A stretch of 24,573 bases of DNA. Origin: Candidatus Eiseniibacteriota bacterium. GTDB taxonomy: Bacteria > Eisenbacteria > RBG-16-71-46. The stretch's first letter is position 1. Every line of letters begins with the position of its first letter. Where the stretch lies: the NCBI GenBank assembly GCA_031366795.1, contig JANLOX010000019.1, forward strand, positions 1 through 24,573, in the 5' to 3' direction. The position numbers and the translations under genes are program-made. The notes beneath the pieces are model-generated. The model saw only the letters and a list, made by a program, of their open reading frames with translations, was not told the origin of the DNA and made no database searches. Below, piece by piece: positions 8,212 through 17,117 of this stretch.

Positions 8212-9669
8212 CTACCCCGCCAGTTCCTTGAGCCGCTCGAGCAATCGCGTCACGCCCAACGTATCCAGCTCGCAGTAGCGAAGCAGCGCTTCACGCACGC
8301 GCGCGCGCTCGTCGGTCGCGAGGCTGGCGTTGTCGAAGATGAGCCGCTCCAACTCGCGGCTTGCGGCTGTGCCCTCGGCGATCTCGAGTCCCTCGTAGGT
8401 GAGACTGGGCACGAGGGCAGGCAACACCACCTTGAGGCTGAAGCTGCCGCCGAAGTCCGGGTGATAGACGTGCTTGCGCAAAATCGGCAGCGGATCATCG
8501 AGCCGCGCCACGATCTTGTCGATCGTAGGCTTGAGGTGCGGCAGCGAGGCCGCGACCAGGTTCAGGCAGCGCGACTCGAACGCCTTGTTGTAGGCGAGAA
8601 TCGTCGTGGCGTCCTTGCAGGCGAGCGCCAGGCGCTTGATCAGTTCCGGACGCGGGTCCGCAGGCCCTTCCGCGAGCCACGCGTGGTGCGTCCACCCACC
8701 ATGGCCGTCCTGCACATGCGCGCTGAACTGCGCCGTCACCGGATCGTACGGATGACAGCCCTGCCACGCCGGGATCGCGGGCGCCAGCGTTTCGAAGTCG
8801 ATGATGGCGATCGGTTCGCGCAACGCGGCGAGGGCCTTCGCGAGCCCAGGCTCCACGATCATCTCGCCGCTCGTCACCGAACGGCGCTGGCGCTCGGCTT
8901 CATCGCGCAGCTTCAATCCTTCGGGGAGTTGGTCGATCGTCGAGTAGCCGTCCGCCTCGAATTGTTCCCAGTTGCGCCCGATCGCGTAGAGCTCGCTGAC
9001 GTGATGCTCGGGCCGCTCCGGCCAGCAGCGAGCCATGAACGGGCACTCATAGGGCGAGGTGCAGTGCGGGCCGATCGCGACTTCGGGGAGCGGTCCGTTC
9101 AGCATGTCGAGCTGGCTGCGGACCTCGGCGGGAATTCCCGCGAGCAACGCCTCTGCACGGTCAGTCACGTCCTCGCGCGCAAACAAGTTGCCGAGGTTCG
9201 GGTAGGTGCACTCGCGATTCAGGTGCATCAGCTCTGCGCGGTCCACCTTGAGCCCGGACGAGCGCAGCACGTGCAGCTGCACCGCGATATCGGGGATGTG
9301 CGGCTCCTTTACCTGAGTCGTCGACTTCACCTCGATCAACTTCCAGCCGCCCGGCACGCTTTCGAGAATGTCGACCGCGACGAACACGTCTTCGGCCATG
9401 ACCGAGGCCTCGTAGATCGCCGGCGCCTTGTTCTCGATCGCCAGTTGCGTCGCTGCGAGCCGTTCAGCGTACGCGCGGAACGGGAAGTCGATCAGCACGC
9501 CGCCGGGAAACTGCTGCTGCGCCGCGAGCCCGACCACATGACCCTGGTTGAAGATCGCCTCGAGCGAAGCATCGGGCTTGAGTTCGGGAGCGTCGGGTTC
9601 GTGCGAGCGCCACCACAACTGGCGGTGGCACTGGAGGCCGGCGCAATAGCGGGACTTGGAGAGGCGCAT
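8212..9669 (-). CDS. DUF2779-type predicted nuclease: N-terminal PD-(D/E)xK domain with Cys cluster plus C-terminal RNase H-like/DEDD domain
   Basis: Start MRLSKSRYCAGLQCHRQLW with GGAG SD; 'VDILE...LIEVKSTT' (PD-(D/E)xK); 'GPHCTSPYECPFMARCW'; 'IIDFET', 'YNKAFE', 'GSFSLKVVLPAL', 'LLRYCELDT'. 485 aa. Confidence 0.85.
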   Translation of the reverse strand: MRLSKSRYCAGLQCHRQLWWRSHEPDAPELKPDASLEAIFNQGHVVGLAAQQQFPGGVLIDFPFRAYAERLAATQLAIENKAPAIYEASVMAEDVFVAVDILESVPGGWKLIEVKSTTQVKEPHIPDIAVQLHVLRSSGLKVDRAELMHLNRECTYPNLGNLFAREDVTDRAEALLAGIPAEVRSQLDMLNGPLPEVAIGPHCTSPYECPFMARCWPERPEHHVSELYAIGRNWEQFEADGYSTIDQLPEGLKLRDEAERQRRSVTSGEMIVEPGLAKALAALREPIAIIDFETLAPAIPAWQGCHPYDPVTAQFSAHVQDGHGGWTHHAWLAEGPADPRPELIKRLALACKDATTILAYNKAFESRCLNLVAASLPHLKPTIDKIVARLDDPLPILRKHVYHPDFGGSFSLKVVLPALVPSLTYEGLEIAEGTAASRELERLIFDNASLATDERARVREALLRYCELDTLGVTRLLERLKELAG

Positions 9670-10171
9670 ACCAGTAACTCCCTGCAATTAATTGCGATTG
9701 AACCAAAGTGGTAATGGGCGTTCAGCGTTTTGTGCTCCATCAGAACGGCGAGCATGTCATCGCCACAGTGTTGACCACAACGACGCAATGCGCCATCCAG
9801 ATGCTTTCCCAAGTTCGCGTTGCCCGGTGACCCTAACTGCTCGCAACGCGCCTATTGGGATTGTGGCGTTTACTGCAGAAGAACTTTCTCAACATTCAAC
9901 TCGATCGGCGCTCGATGTTTTTCGCGTTTCAACCTGTTTGTACTTGCAAAGCGAAGCCGTGAGGACGGAGGATGCGTTTGGTCATTCAATGTTTGAGCAG
10001 TCGCCTTGTGAATCGATCGGTGCCGCGATCAGGGTTCATGCGATGCGGCCCTGCCGCACCGGAGCCTGTGTTCCCCTCGGCGGTCGATTCCTTTGGAACG
10101 CGCCGCCGCCCGGCTTGCTTGAGCCATTGAACCAAAGTTTGGTTGCAGGCTCTTCCCCTCGGAGGTCGCTC

Positions 10172-13100
10172 ATGTTTACCAGGCCACAGGATCACTCTCC
10201 TCGCTGCGCGCAGTGGGTTGTTGTTGCCGCGGCGCTCGCACTCTGCACGTTCGCCGGCGCGGTATCCGCCATCGCCTCGAATGATCTTCCCAGGCTGACG
10301 TATCCCGAAATCGCGCGAACCGCGCCGGCCGGCAAAGTGGGATCAGTCGTTCGGTTTGAACCCCGGCGCGCTTTCGAACAGGTCGGGCGTAGCGGAACCG
10401 GAGCGGGGACTGTCTCGACCCCGCCGGCCAAGACGCCAATCGAGGCGACCAGCACCTCGCACATGGTCGTCAACGACAACTGGGTGGTGTTGCCGAACGG
10501 CACCATCGTGACCGTTGGATTCGCGAGCTACAAGATCGGCACCGATGCATTCGCCGCGATCCAGCCGGCCATCAATGCCGTGAACCCCGGCGGCATCGTT
10601 GACGTCCTGCCGGGCGTCTACAGTGAGACGGCCGCGAACAGCTTCCTTTATGACGCGAGCGGCCCATACACGTTTGGTCTGTTCTTCGCGAAGGCAAAGG
10701 GCGCCATCAAGCTACGGGGGGTGACCGCCACGGGCGTCGTGATCACCAGCGCCGCGGCCACTCAGGCGACCATCACCACGAATTCAGATGCGAATTTTGG
10801 TCCGGACGGATTCTTTGTCGAAGGGGACGGCGTCACGATTTCTGGACTAGTCGTCTCGACAAACTCGCTCGGGACGAACAAGACCATGGAGATCGCGGGC
10901 GACAACTTCACGCTCAAGAACTGCAAGATCAGCGACAACGAAGGCTCCGTCTACTTCAACGACTGGCAGTACGACGGGATCAACAATATCTCGCACATCC
11001 TGACCTACCACGTTACCGGCAACATCTTCCAGGCGGGTAACAGTGTCGATATCACCAGTGGCGCCGGATTGTCTGGGCCTGCGTCCGGTCGCGTAATCTC
11101 CGGCAACACCTTCAATAACGTCGCGGGCGAGACGTGGCCCATGATCAGTTTCAACGGTTCCAACACCGGTGTGCCCTGGTTCATTTATTCCGTGGGCGGC
11201 GCGGTGATCACGGGTAACACCTTCACGAACACCGAACCGCTCGGCCAGCACATCCGCGCCCGGGGCACGTACAACAATTCCCAGTACGACTGGGCCTCCT
11301 ATTGGAACAGCAACACGTTCGACCGGGGAGTTGTGGTTGGCGTTGCGCCCCCGGCCGACCTGCGCACCTTCGTCGTGGCGGGCTTCTATGGGAACTACAA
11401 CGACGTTCGCCACATCTCCAGCGCCATCCAGCCCGAGGTTGACCATGGCGTGACTGGGGATATCGTGCTGGCGAAGGCGGGGCTGTACCCTGAGCAAGTC
11501 ACGGTGAGCACCGCTTTGACGCTTAAGGGCGCGAATGCCGGCGCCTGTGCCGCAAATGGCGGCCCGCGTGGCGCGGAGTCCACGATTGACGGTAGTTCCG
11601 TTGATGCCGCCGTCGTAATCCTCGAGGACAACGTCACCCTCGATGGGTTCGAGGTCATCCAGGGCTTGAATGGACTGAACGCCGGCATCTGGATGTCCGC
11701 GAGCAAACAGAACATGACCATCAAGAATAACGTGATCACCGACAACACCATCGGGGTCTATGCCAATTGCGCAGGTGCCTCCGACATTTCGTGCAACCTG
11801 ATCAGCATGAACAATGCCCCGGGACCTGCCGGCGGAACCGGAATCTACTCCGAGTTCACCGCCGGCATGAACATCCACAACAACGAGATCACGGGCCATA
11901 CCGACAACAACCCCGTGGTGTTCGCCGCGACCGGCCCGGGCGTCCACACCGGCCTGAGCTTCGTTTCGAACAATGTCCATGACAACAGTTTTGGTCTGTT
12001 CGCGCTGGCCGTGAACGGCGGGTTGTTCTCGGGCAACACCATCACCACCGCAGGCGGCGCCACCGGATTGACGCTCGGCGGGAATTGCTCCGCCATCGAG
12101 GTGAGGGACAACTTCATCGATGCGAACCTGCGCGGTGTCCGGGTGTTTGACTACGGCTATGTTTCACCGGGCGCCAACAGCAACATCAAGGTGAATCACA
12201 ACAACCTGGTGAACGACTCCGAATTCGGAGTCGGCCAACTGGGCGGTTACTCCGGGCCCGGCCAATTGGATGCCACCTGCAATTGGTACGGCGACATCAG
12301 TGGTCCCAACGCGCCTCTGAACCCCAGCGGCACTGGCAGCGCGGTCACGGGCACGACGGCGTTCTACCCGTGGTTGAACGGTTCCATCGCCGGCGCTCCG
12401 CTGTGCAACCAAACGATCAACTGGACGATCACCTCCACGCAGGGCGCGGGGGGAACCATCTCGCCGCTGGGCGCGCAGCCGGTGCCCGATGGATCGAGCC
12501 AGGCCTACTCGATCGTTGCCAATTCGTGCTACGTGATCGCCGATGTCAAGGTGGACGGCATCTCGGTGGGTGCCACGGGTTCGTACACGTTCACGGGCGT
12601 CAACGCGAATCACACGATCGACGCGGCATTTGTGCCGGCGCGTTACTCGATCACGGCGAGTGGCGGTGCCGGTGGCACTATCACCCCGGCCGGAACCCTC
12701 GCCAGCAACGTCGTCGCCTACGATGTGCCCCCAACGACCGTGGGCAGCCAGACGTGGACCGGTGCCCTGGGAATGGACTTCGACGTCACGTCCGCCGTCG
12801 TCGTCACCCAACTCGGGGCGTTTGACTCGGGCTCCGACGGCCTGGCTGCGCCAATCAGCGTGCGGCTTTACGACCGTGACACCGCGACACCGGTCCCCGG
12901 CGGGACCATCCTGTTCAACACCGGCGAGGGCACGCTCGTGGGTGGCAGCCGCTTCAAGGCATTGGCGAGTGCGATCACGCTGCCGGCCGGCTTCCACGGC
13001 AGCATCGTCGCCGACGGCTACGGTGCCCTCGAGCCAAACGGCAACAGCAGTGGCGGTGCCACGGCGTGGACGACGAACGGCGGCGGCGCCATCAGCTTCG

Positions 13101-15148
13101 TGGGCTCGTCGCGCTACGACAACGCCGCGGGCGGATACCCGCTGACGCTCGACACCGGCCCCGTGAATCGCTACGCCGCGGGCACGTTCATGTTCGACGA
13201 CGGCACGGTGGCGTGCGGCGCCGACCAGTCGTTCACCATCACGCCGGGAAATTGCTATACGCTGGGCACGCTGACGGTCGACGGTAACCCGGTCGCCATC
13301 GCGAACAGCTACACGTTCACGAACGTGCAGGCCAATCACACGATCGCGGCAACCTTCGCTCCGAGCGGCCCGTCCACGATCACGACATCGTCGAGTGCGG
13401 GTGGATCCATCGCCCCCGTGAATCCGTCGGTGGCCTGTGGCGCGGACCAGAAGGTCACCATCACCGCCGATGACTGCTACACGTTGACGGGTTTGACGGT
13501 GGACGGTAATGCGGTGGGACTCACCGCGAGCTACACCTTCACGAACGTTCACGGCGACCACACGATCGCCGCGGTGTTCACGCCGAACGGCTCGTACACG
13601 ATCACGACCGTTGCGGGTGCGGGCGGTTCCGTGACGCCGTCGAACCCGGCTGCGGCGTGCGGTGCGGACCAGAAGATCAACATCACGGCCGACGATTGCT
13701 ACTCGCTGGCGACGTTGTTGGTCGATGGCAACCCGGTGCCGCTGGCGGCGAGCTACACGTTCACGAATGTGCACACGACCCACACTCTCGCGGCCACGTT
13801 CAGCTTGAACGGCCCGTACACGATCTCGACGACGGCAGGCGCAGGGGGCACGATCACGCCGCCGAACCCGTCCGTGGCGTGCGGTGCGGACCAGAAGATC
13901 AACATCACGCCTGACGATTGCCACTCCGTTGCGACACTGACGGTGGATGGCAATGCGGTGGGTGCAGCGACGACCTACACGTTCACGAACGTGCATGGTA
14001 GCCACACGATTGCCGCGACGTTCTCGCTGGATGGCCCCTACACGATCAGCACGTCGTCGGGACCGAACGGTACCGTCACGCCGGCCAATCCTTCAGTGGC
14101 ATGCGGTGCGGACCAGAAGATCGCCATCACGGCGGCGGTGGGGTATGGCATCAACACGCTTACGGTCGACGGCAATGCGGTGCCTCCGGTGGCGAGTTAC
14201 ACGTTCAGCAACGTTCACGCGAACCACACGATCGCGGCGACGTTCAAGGATGTGACGCCGCCCCAGGTGACGGTCATCTTCCCCAACGGCGGCGAGAACT
14301 TCCTGCTAGGCTCGGATCTGAAGATGCTGTGGACCGCCACCGACAACGCCGGCCCGATCGCGAATGTCTCGCTGTGGGTCTCCCGTGATTACGGCGCTAC
14401 CTACACCGTGATTGCGCCTTCTACCCCCAACGACGGCACATTCGTGTGGAAGGCGGAGTCGCCCACGAACACAGGGCCCAATGCGGTGTACTCGGCATTG
14501 TTCAAGGTCGTGGCCGTTGATGCGACGGGGAACTCGGGCGAGGACGCCAGCGACGCGCCGTTCTCGATCTTCGATTACACGACCTCGGTGGTGCTGACGC
14601 AGTTGGACGCTGAGCGCGTGGCGACGGGCATCCAAATCAAGTGGGACCTGCAGGCTCGCGGAGTTTTCTCGTCGGTCAGTCTCGAGCGTGCCGAGAACGA
14701 AGTGGGACCGTGGCTGCCGGTTGCCGCGGAACTTCGTGACGAGGCGGGCGTGACGGTGGCGCTGGACCGCACCGCAGTTGCGGACCAAGGCTACTGGTAC
14801 CGTCTCATTGGCACGACGAATGCCGGATCCACGGCGGTCTTTGGTCCCGTCCAGGGTTCCAAGTCTGCTCCACGGGAGTTTGCCTTGAGCTCCGCGTGGC
14901 CGAATCCGAGCCGCGGATCATTGAAGCTGGAGTTCGCCGTGGCGAAGGATGCTCCGGTGCGGCTCAGCGTGCTCGATGTCCAGGGTCGCGAGGTTGTGAT
15001 GCTGGCCAATGGCGCCTTCAAGGCGGGCCGCTACCAGATCGCATGGGACGGCAAGTCGGATCACGGTGCCGTGCCGACCGGGATCTACTTCGTGCGCTTC
15101 TCGGCGGCGGGCAAGGAGATCGTGCGGCGGATCGTGATGGAGCGGTAG
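10172..15148 (+). CDS. Large secreted/surface protein (~1658 aa): signal peptide, two parallel beta-helix (pectin-lyase-like) regions, six ~74-aa beta-rich repeats with one inserted domain, an Ig-like domain and a C-terminal FlgD-Ig/T9SS type A-like domain
   Basis: GGAGG at 10161-10165 precedes ATG 10172; hydrophobic signal 'WVVVAAALALCTFAGAVSAIA'; two beta-helix caps 'AIQPAINAVNPGGIVDVLPGVYSE' and 'AIQPEVDHGVTGDIVLAKAGLYPEQV' followed by Asn-ladder repeats; 'VTVIFPNGGE'; C-terminal 'AWPNPSRG...VLDVQGREV...WDGKSDHGAVPTGIYFVR'. Confidence 0.88.
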   Translation: MFTRPQDHSPRCAQWVVVAAALALCTFAGAVSAIASNDLPRLTYPEIARTAPAGKVGSVVRFEPRRAFEQVGRSGTGAGTVSTPPAKTPIEATSTSHMVVNDNWVVLPNGTIVTVGFASYKIGTDAFAAIQPAINAVNPGGIVDVLPGVYSETAANSFLYDASGPYTFGLFFAKAKGAIKLRGVTATGVVITSAAATQATITTNSDANFGPDGFFVEGDGVTISGLVVSTNSLGTNKTMEIAGDNFTLKNCKISDNEGSVYFNDWQYDGINNISHILTYHVTGNIFQAGNSVDITSGAGLSGPASGRVISGNTFNNVAGETWPMISFNGSNTGVPWFIYSVGGAVITGNTFTNTEPLGQHIRARGTYNNSQYDWASYWNSNTFDRGVVVGVAPPADLRTFVVAGFYGNYNDVRHISSAIQPEVDHGVTGDIVLAKAGLYPEQVTVSTALTLKGANAGACAANGGPRGAESTIDGSSVDAAVVILEDNVTLDGFEVIQGLNGLNAGIWMSASKQNMTIKNNVITDNTIGVYANCAGASDISCNLISMNNAPGPAGGTGIYSEFTAGMNIHNNEITGHTDNNPVVFAATGPGVHTGLSFVSNNVHDNSFGLFALAVNGGLFSGNTITTAGGATGLTLGGNCSAIEVRDNFIDANLRGVRVFDYGYVSPGANSNIKVNHNNLVNDSEFGVGQLGGYSGPGQLDATCNWYGDISGPNAPLNPSGTGSAVTGTTAFYPWLNGSIAGAPLCNQTINWTITSTQGAGGTISPLGAQPVPDGSSQAYSIVANSCYVIADVKVDGISVGATGSYTFTGVNANHTIDAAFVPARYSITASGGAGGTITPAGTLASNVVAYDVPPTTVGSQTWTGALGMDFDVTSAVVVTQLGAFDSGSDGLAAPISVRLYDRDTATPVPGGTILFNTGEGTLVGGSRFKALASAITLPAGFHGSIVADGYGALEPNGNSSGGATAWTTNGGGAISFVGSSRYDNAAGGYPLTLDTGPVNRYAAGTFMFDDGTVACGADQSFTITPGNCYTLGTLTVDGNPVAIANSYTFTNVQANHTIAATFAPSGPSTITTSSSAGGSIAPVNPSVACGADQKVTITADDCYTLTGLTVDGNAVGLTASYTFTNVHGDHTIAAVFTPNGSYTITTVAGAGGSVTPSNPAAACGADQKINITADDCYSLATLLVDGNPVPLAASYTFTNVHTTHTLAATFSLNGPYTISTTAGAGGTITPPNPSVACGADQKINITPDDCHSVATLTVDGNAVGAATTYTFTNVHGSHTIAATFSLDGPYTISTSSGPNGTVTPANPSVACGADQKIAITAAVGYGINTLTVDGNAVPPVASYTFSNVHANHTIAATFKDVTPPQVTVIFPNGGENFLLGSDLKMLWTATDNAGPIANVSLWVSRDYGATYTVIAPSTPNDGTFVWKAESPTNTGPNAVYSALFKVVAVDATGNSGEDASDAPFSIFDYTTSVVLTQLDAERVATGIQIKWDLQARGVFSSVSLERAENEVGPWLPVAAELRDEAGVTVALDRTAVADQGYWYRLIGTTNAGSTAVFGPVQGSKSAPREFALSSAWPNPSRGSLKLEFAVAKDAPVRLSVLDVQGREVVMLANGAFKAGRYQIAWDGKSDHGAVPTGIYFVRFSAAGKEIVRRIVMER
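12422..14250 (+). repeat. Six tandem intragenic repeats with a 222-bp (74-aa) period (InlB B-repeat/Flg_new-like); unit 2 is interrupted
   Basis: Unit starts at 12422, 12644, 13373, 13595, 13817 and 14039. The CGADQ Cys codons fall at 13214, 13436, 13658, 13880 and 14102, exactly 222 bp apart. Consensus approximately YTITTxAGAGGTxTPxNPSVACGADQKIxITxDxCYxxxTLTVDGNxVxxxxSYTFTNVHxxHTIAATF. Confidence 0.92.
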
Positions 15149-15180
15149 TTCTCCACCGCGGCACGTAAATTTGTAGCGCG

Positions 15181-15212
15181 AACGGGCCGGCCCCGCAGGG
15201 GGCTGGCCCGTT
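15181..15212 (+). terminator. GC-rich stem-loop, probable terminator of the large surface-protein gene
   Basis: AACGGGCCGGCCCC-GCAG-GGGGCTGGCCCGTT: 14-bp stem with one G-U pair, 32 nt after the stop. The U-tract is weak. Confidence 0.65.
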
Positions 15213-15221
15213 GTGCGTCGC

Positions 15222-15251
15222 TTGCTGGCCGCCGCCACAGCCTGCTACCTT
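15222..15251 (+). promoter_or_regulatory. Putative sigma70 promoter for tRNA-Cys
   Basis: TTGCTG-N18-TACCTT with an extended -10 (TGcTACCTT), 20 nt upstream of the tRNA. Confidence 0.45.
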
Positions 15252-15271
15252 CTTTGCTCGCAACACTCTGA

Positions 15272-15346
15272 GGCGGCATGGCCAAGTGGTAAGGCGAGGG
15301 ACTGCAAATCCCTTATTCCCCGGTTCGAATCCGGGTGCCGCCTCCA
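15272..15346 (+). tRNA. tRNA-Cys (GCA)
   Basis: GGCGGCA/TGCCGCC acceptor stem; D-arm GCCAAGTGGTAAGGC; anticodon arm AGGGA-CTGCAAA-TCCCT; T-arm CCCGG-TTCGAAT-CCGGG; discriminator T and encoded CCA. Confidence 0.98.
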
Positions 15347-15442
15347 GAATTTCGCGCTCGTGAGACTCGCCGAGCCACGGCCCTGCCTCCCTCAGCCATG
15401 GAATAGTCGAGACGGATCCCGCAGGCCGGACACGGGGGTCGA

Positions 15443-16225
15443 ATGGAAATCACTCTCAAGGGCAAACGCGCGCTCGTCACCGGCGCCAATTCGGGAATCG
15501 GCCGCGCCATCGCGCTGGCACTCGGCGCGGCCGGTGCGAAGGTGGCGATCAACTTCGTGACGGCGCCCGAGCAAGCCGATGAAGTCGTCGCCGCGATCAA
15601 GGCCGCGGGCAGCGATGCCGTGGCGATCAAGGCTGACGTTTCAGATGAGCCCCAAGTCGCTGCGATGTTCACGCAGCTCGATACGAGCTTCGGCGGCATC
15701 GACATTCTCGTGAATAACGCAGGGATCGACGGTGGCGCCGCCCTCGCCTGGGACGCGGACCCCGTGAAGTGGCGCCGCGTGCTCGACATCAACCTGGTCG
15801 GCGCGTTCCTGTGCGCTCGCGAAGCGCTGCGCCGCATGACGGCGCAGAAGTCCGGCGTCGTGCTCGGTGTCAGTTCGGTGCACGAGCTCATTCCATGGAC
15901 CGGTTTCAGCGCCTACACCGCCAGCAAGGCGGGGATGTCGATGATGATCAAGACGCTGGCCCAGGAGGGCGCGCCGTTTGGCGTGCGCGCGCTGGCGTTG
16001 GGACCGGGGGCGATCAAGACCCCGATCAATGCCAACGTCTGGAACGATCCGGCGCTCTACGCCGACCTGCTCGACAAGATTCCACTGCGCCGCATGGGAA
16101 CGCCCGAGGAGATCGCTGGCATCGCCGTGTTCCTCGTGTCCGATGCCGCCGCGTACATCACGGGGACCACGATCTTCGCCGACGGCGGGATGCTGGACTA
16201 CCCGGGCTTCGCGCACGGTGGTTAG
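15443..16225 (+). CDS. Short-chain dehydrogenase/reductase, glucose 1-dehydrogenase-like
   Basis: TGANSGIG Rossmann motif, NNAG, 'SSVHELIPW', catalytic YTASK, 'GPGAIKTPIN', 'YITGTTIFADGGM'. Confidence 0.92.
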   Translation: MEITLKGKRALVTGANSGIGRAIALALGAAGAKVAINFVTAPEQADEVVAAIKAAGSDAVAIKADVSDEPQVAAMFTQLDTSFGGIDILVNNAGIDGGAALAWDADPVKWRRVLDINLVGAFLCAREALRRMTAQKSGVVLGVSSVHELIPWTGFSAYTASKAGMSMMIKTLAQEGAPFGVRALALGPGAIKTPINANVWNDPALYADLLDKIPLRRMGTPEEIAGIAVFLVSDAAAYITGTTIFADGGMLDYPGFAHGG

Positions 16226-16295
16226 TCACTGCTTTGCCGCACCTACTGATGCATGCTGGCCTCGGTGTAAACGCAAATACCACGGAGGAACACAC

Positions 16296-16772
16296 ATGGG
16301 AACGCGGGCTCTTCGATTCGCGCTGCTTGGAATGTCGCTGGTGTGCGGACTCGCGCTGTACAGCCGTCCAGTTTCCGCTGCTCCGTACGATGCCAAAACC
16401 AAGGCGCTGATCGCGCGGGATGATGAATGGTCGAAGGTCGGCGCGAGCCGGAACGCTGACCTCGTGGCCGCCTTCTATGCCGAGGATGCGGTCGCTTTCC
16501 CGCCGAACGAACCGGTTGCGGTCGGCAGGGCCGCAGCGGGAGAGGTGTGGGCACGATACTTCGTCGACCCTTCGTACAACCTCTCGTGGAAGACCACGTC
16601 CGCGGGTGTGGAGGGCGCGACGGGGTGGACCGCCGGGACGTACGAAGAGTCCTTCAATAGTCCCGACGGCAAGCTCCTCCACGGCACCGGCAAGTACGTC
16701 TGCGTCTGGCACAAGCGTGCCAATGGCAAGTGGATGGCTATCCGGGATATTTGGAATAGCGATACAAAGTAG
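16296..16772 (+). CDS. Secreted NTF2/SnoaL-like (DUF4440/YybH-type) protein
   Basis: GGAGG SD, then MGTRALRFALLGMSLVCGLALYSRPVSA (signal peptide); 'FYAEDAVAFPPNEPVAVGR', 'GKYVCVWHKRANGKWMAIRDIWNSD'. 158 aa. Confidence 0.85.
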   Translation: MGTRALRFALLGMSLVCGLALYSRPVSAAPYDAKTKALIARDDEWSKVGASRNADLVAAFYAEDAVAFPPNEPVAVGRAAAGEVWARYFVDPSYNLSWKTTSAGVEGATGWTAGTYEESFNSPDGKLLHGTGKYVCVWHKRANGKWMAIRDIWNSDTK

Positions 16773-16817
16773 AGCCTCGGTTGAGTCCCCGGCTCACTCC
16801 CGGCAGTACGCCGCTGA

Positions 16818-17117
16818 TCAGGCCGCTCGCCGCCGCGACTTCACGACGATCGCTATCCTCGCGCCCGTACGGCCCAGCATTTCGATCAAGCCATCCAAGC
16901 TGAAGCAATGGATCTTGCCTCGCACGAGGTCGCTGATCCTCGGTTGAGTGACGCCGAGAAGTCGCGCGGCCTGAGCCTGGGTCAGCTGCCCGGCCGCGAT
17001 GAATCTGCTGAGCCGGATCATGAGATCGGACCGAATCCTGAGGTTCTCCGCTTCGTGCCGGGAGAATCCCAGGTCGCGGAAAACGTCTCCGGATGACTTT
17101 TGAACTCGGGCGGTCAT
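16818..17117 (-). CDS. XRE-family HTH protein, HigA-like antitoxin (99 aa)
   Basis: AAGGAG SD, then MTARVQKSSGDVFRDLGF...LTQAQAARLLGVTQPRISDLVRGKIHCFSLDGLIEML. 'SSGxVFxDLG' and 'QPRISDL..GK...FSLD.L' are typical of this family. Confidence 0.88.
   Translation of the reverse strand: MTARVQKSSGDVFRDLGFSRHEAENLRIRSDLMIRLSRFIAAGQLTQAQAARLLGVTQPRISDLVRGKIHCFSLDGLIEMLGRTGARIAIVVKSRRRAA

Noticed and set aside
4224..9714. Chain of long plus-strand ORFs (306, 662 and 855 aa); the last crosses the cphB-nuclease intergenic region
   Set aside because: They are codon-register antisense shadows of cphA, cphB and the nuclease in GC-rich DNA, with no recognisable motifs. The 201-bp gap happens to preserve the frame.
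9692..10171. 160-aa N-terminal extension of the 1818-aa ORF
   Set aside because: The SD and signal peptide point to ATG 10172; the extension covers the divergent promoter region.
10847..14005. Minus-strand ORFs of 377 and 613 aa
   Set aside because: Antisense shadows of the surface-protein gene.
12422..14250. Regular repeats considered as a CRISPR array or DGR template/variable repeats
   Set aside because: They are in-frame 222-bp protein repeats with mostly synonymous or conservative divergence. There are no spacers, cas genes or reverse transcriptase.
16772..16800. GGTTGAGTCCCGGCTCACTCC resembling a tRNA 3' fragment
   Set aside because: There is no proper TTCG loop or cloverleaf, and it does not match tRNA-Cys; at most a weak hairpin between convergent genes.
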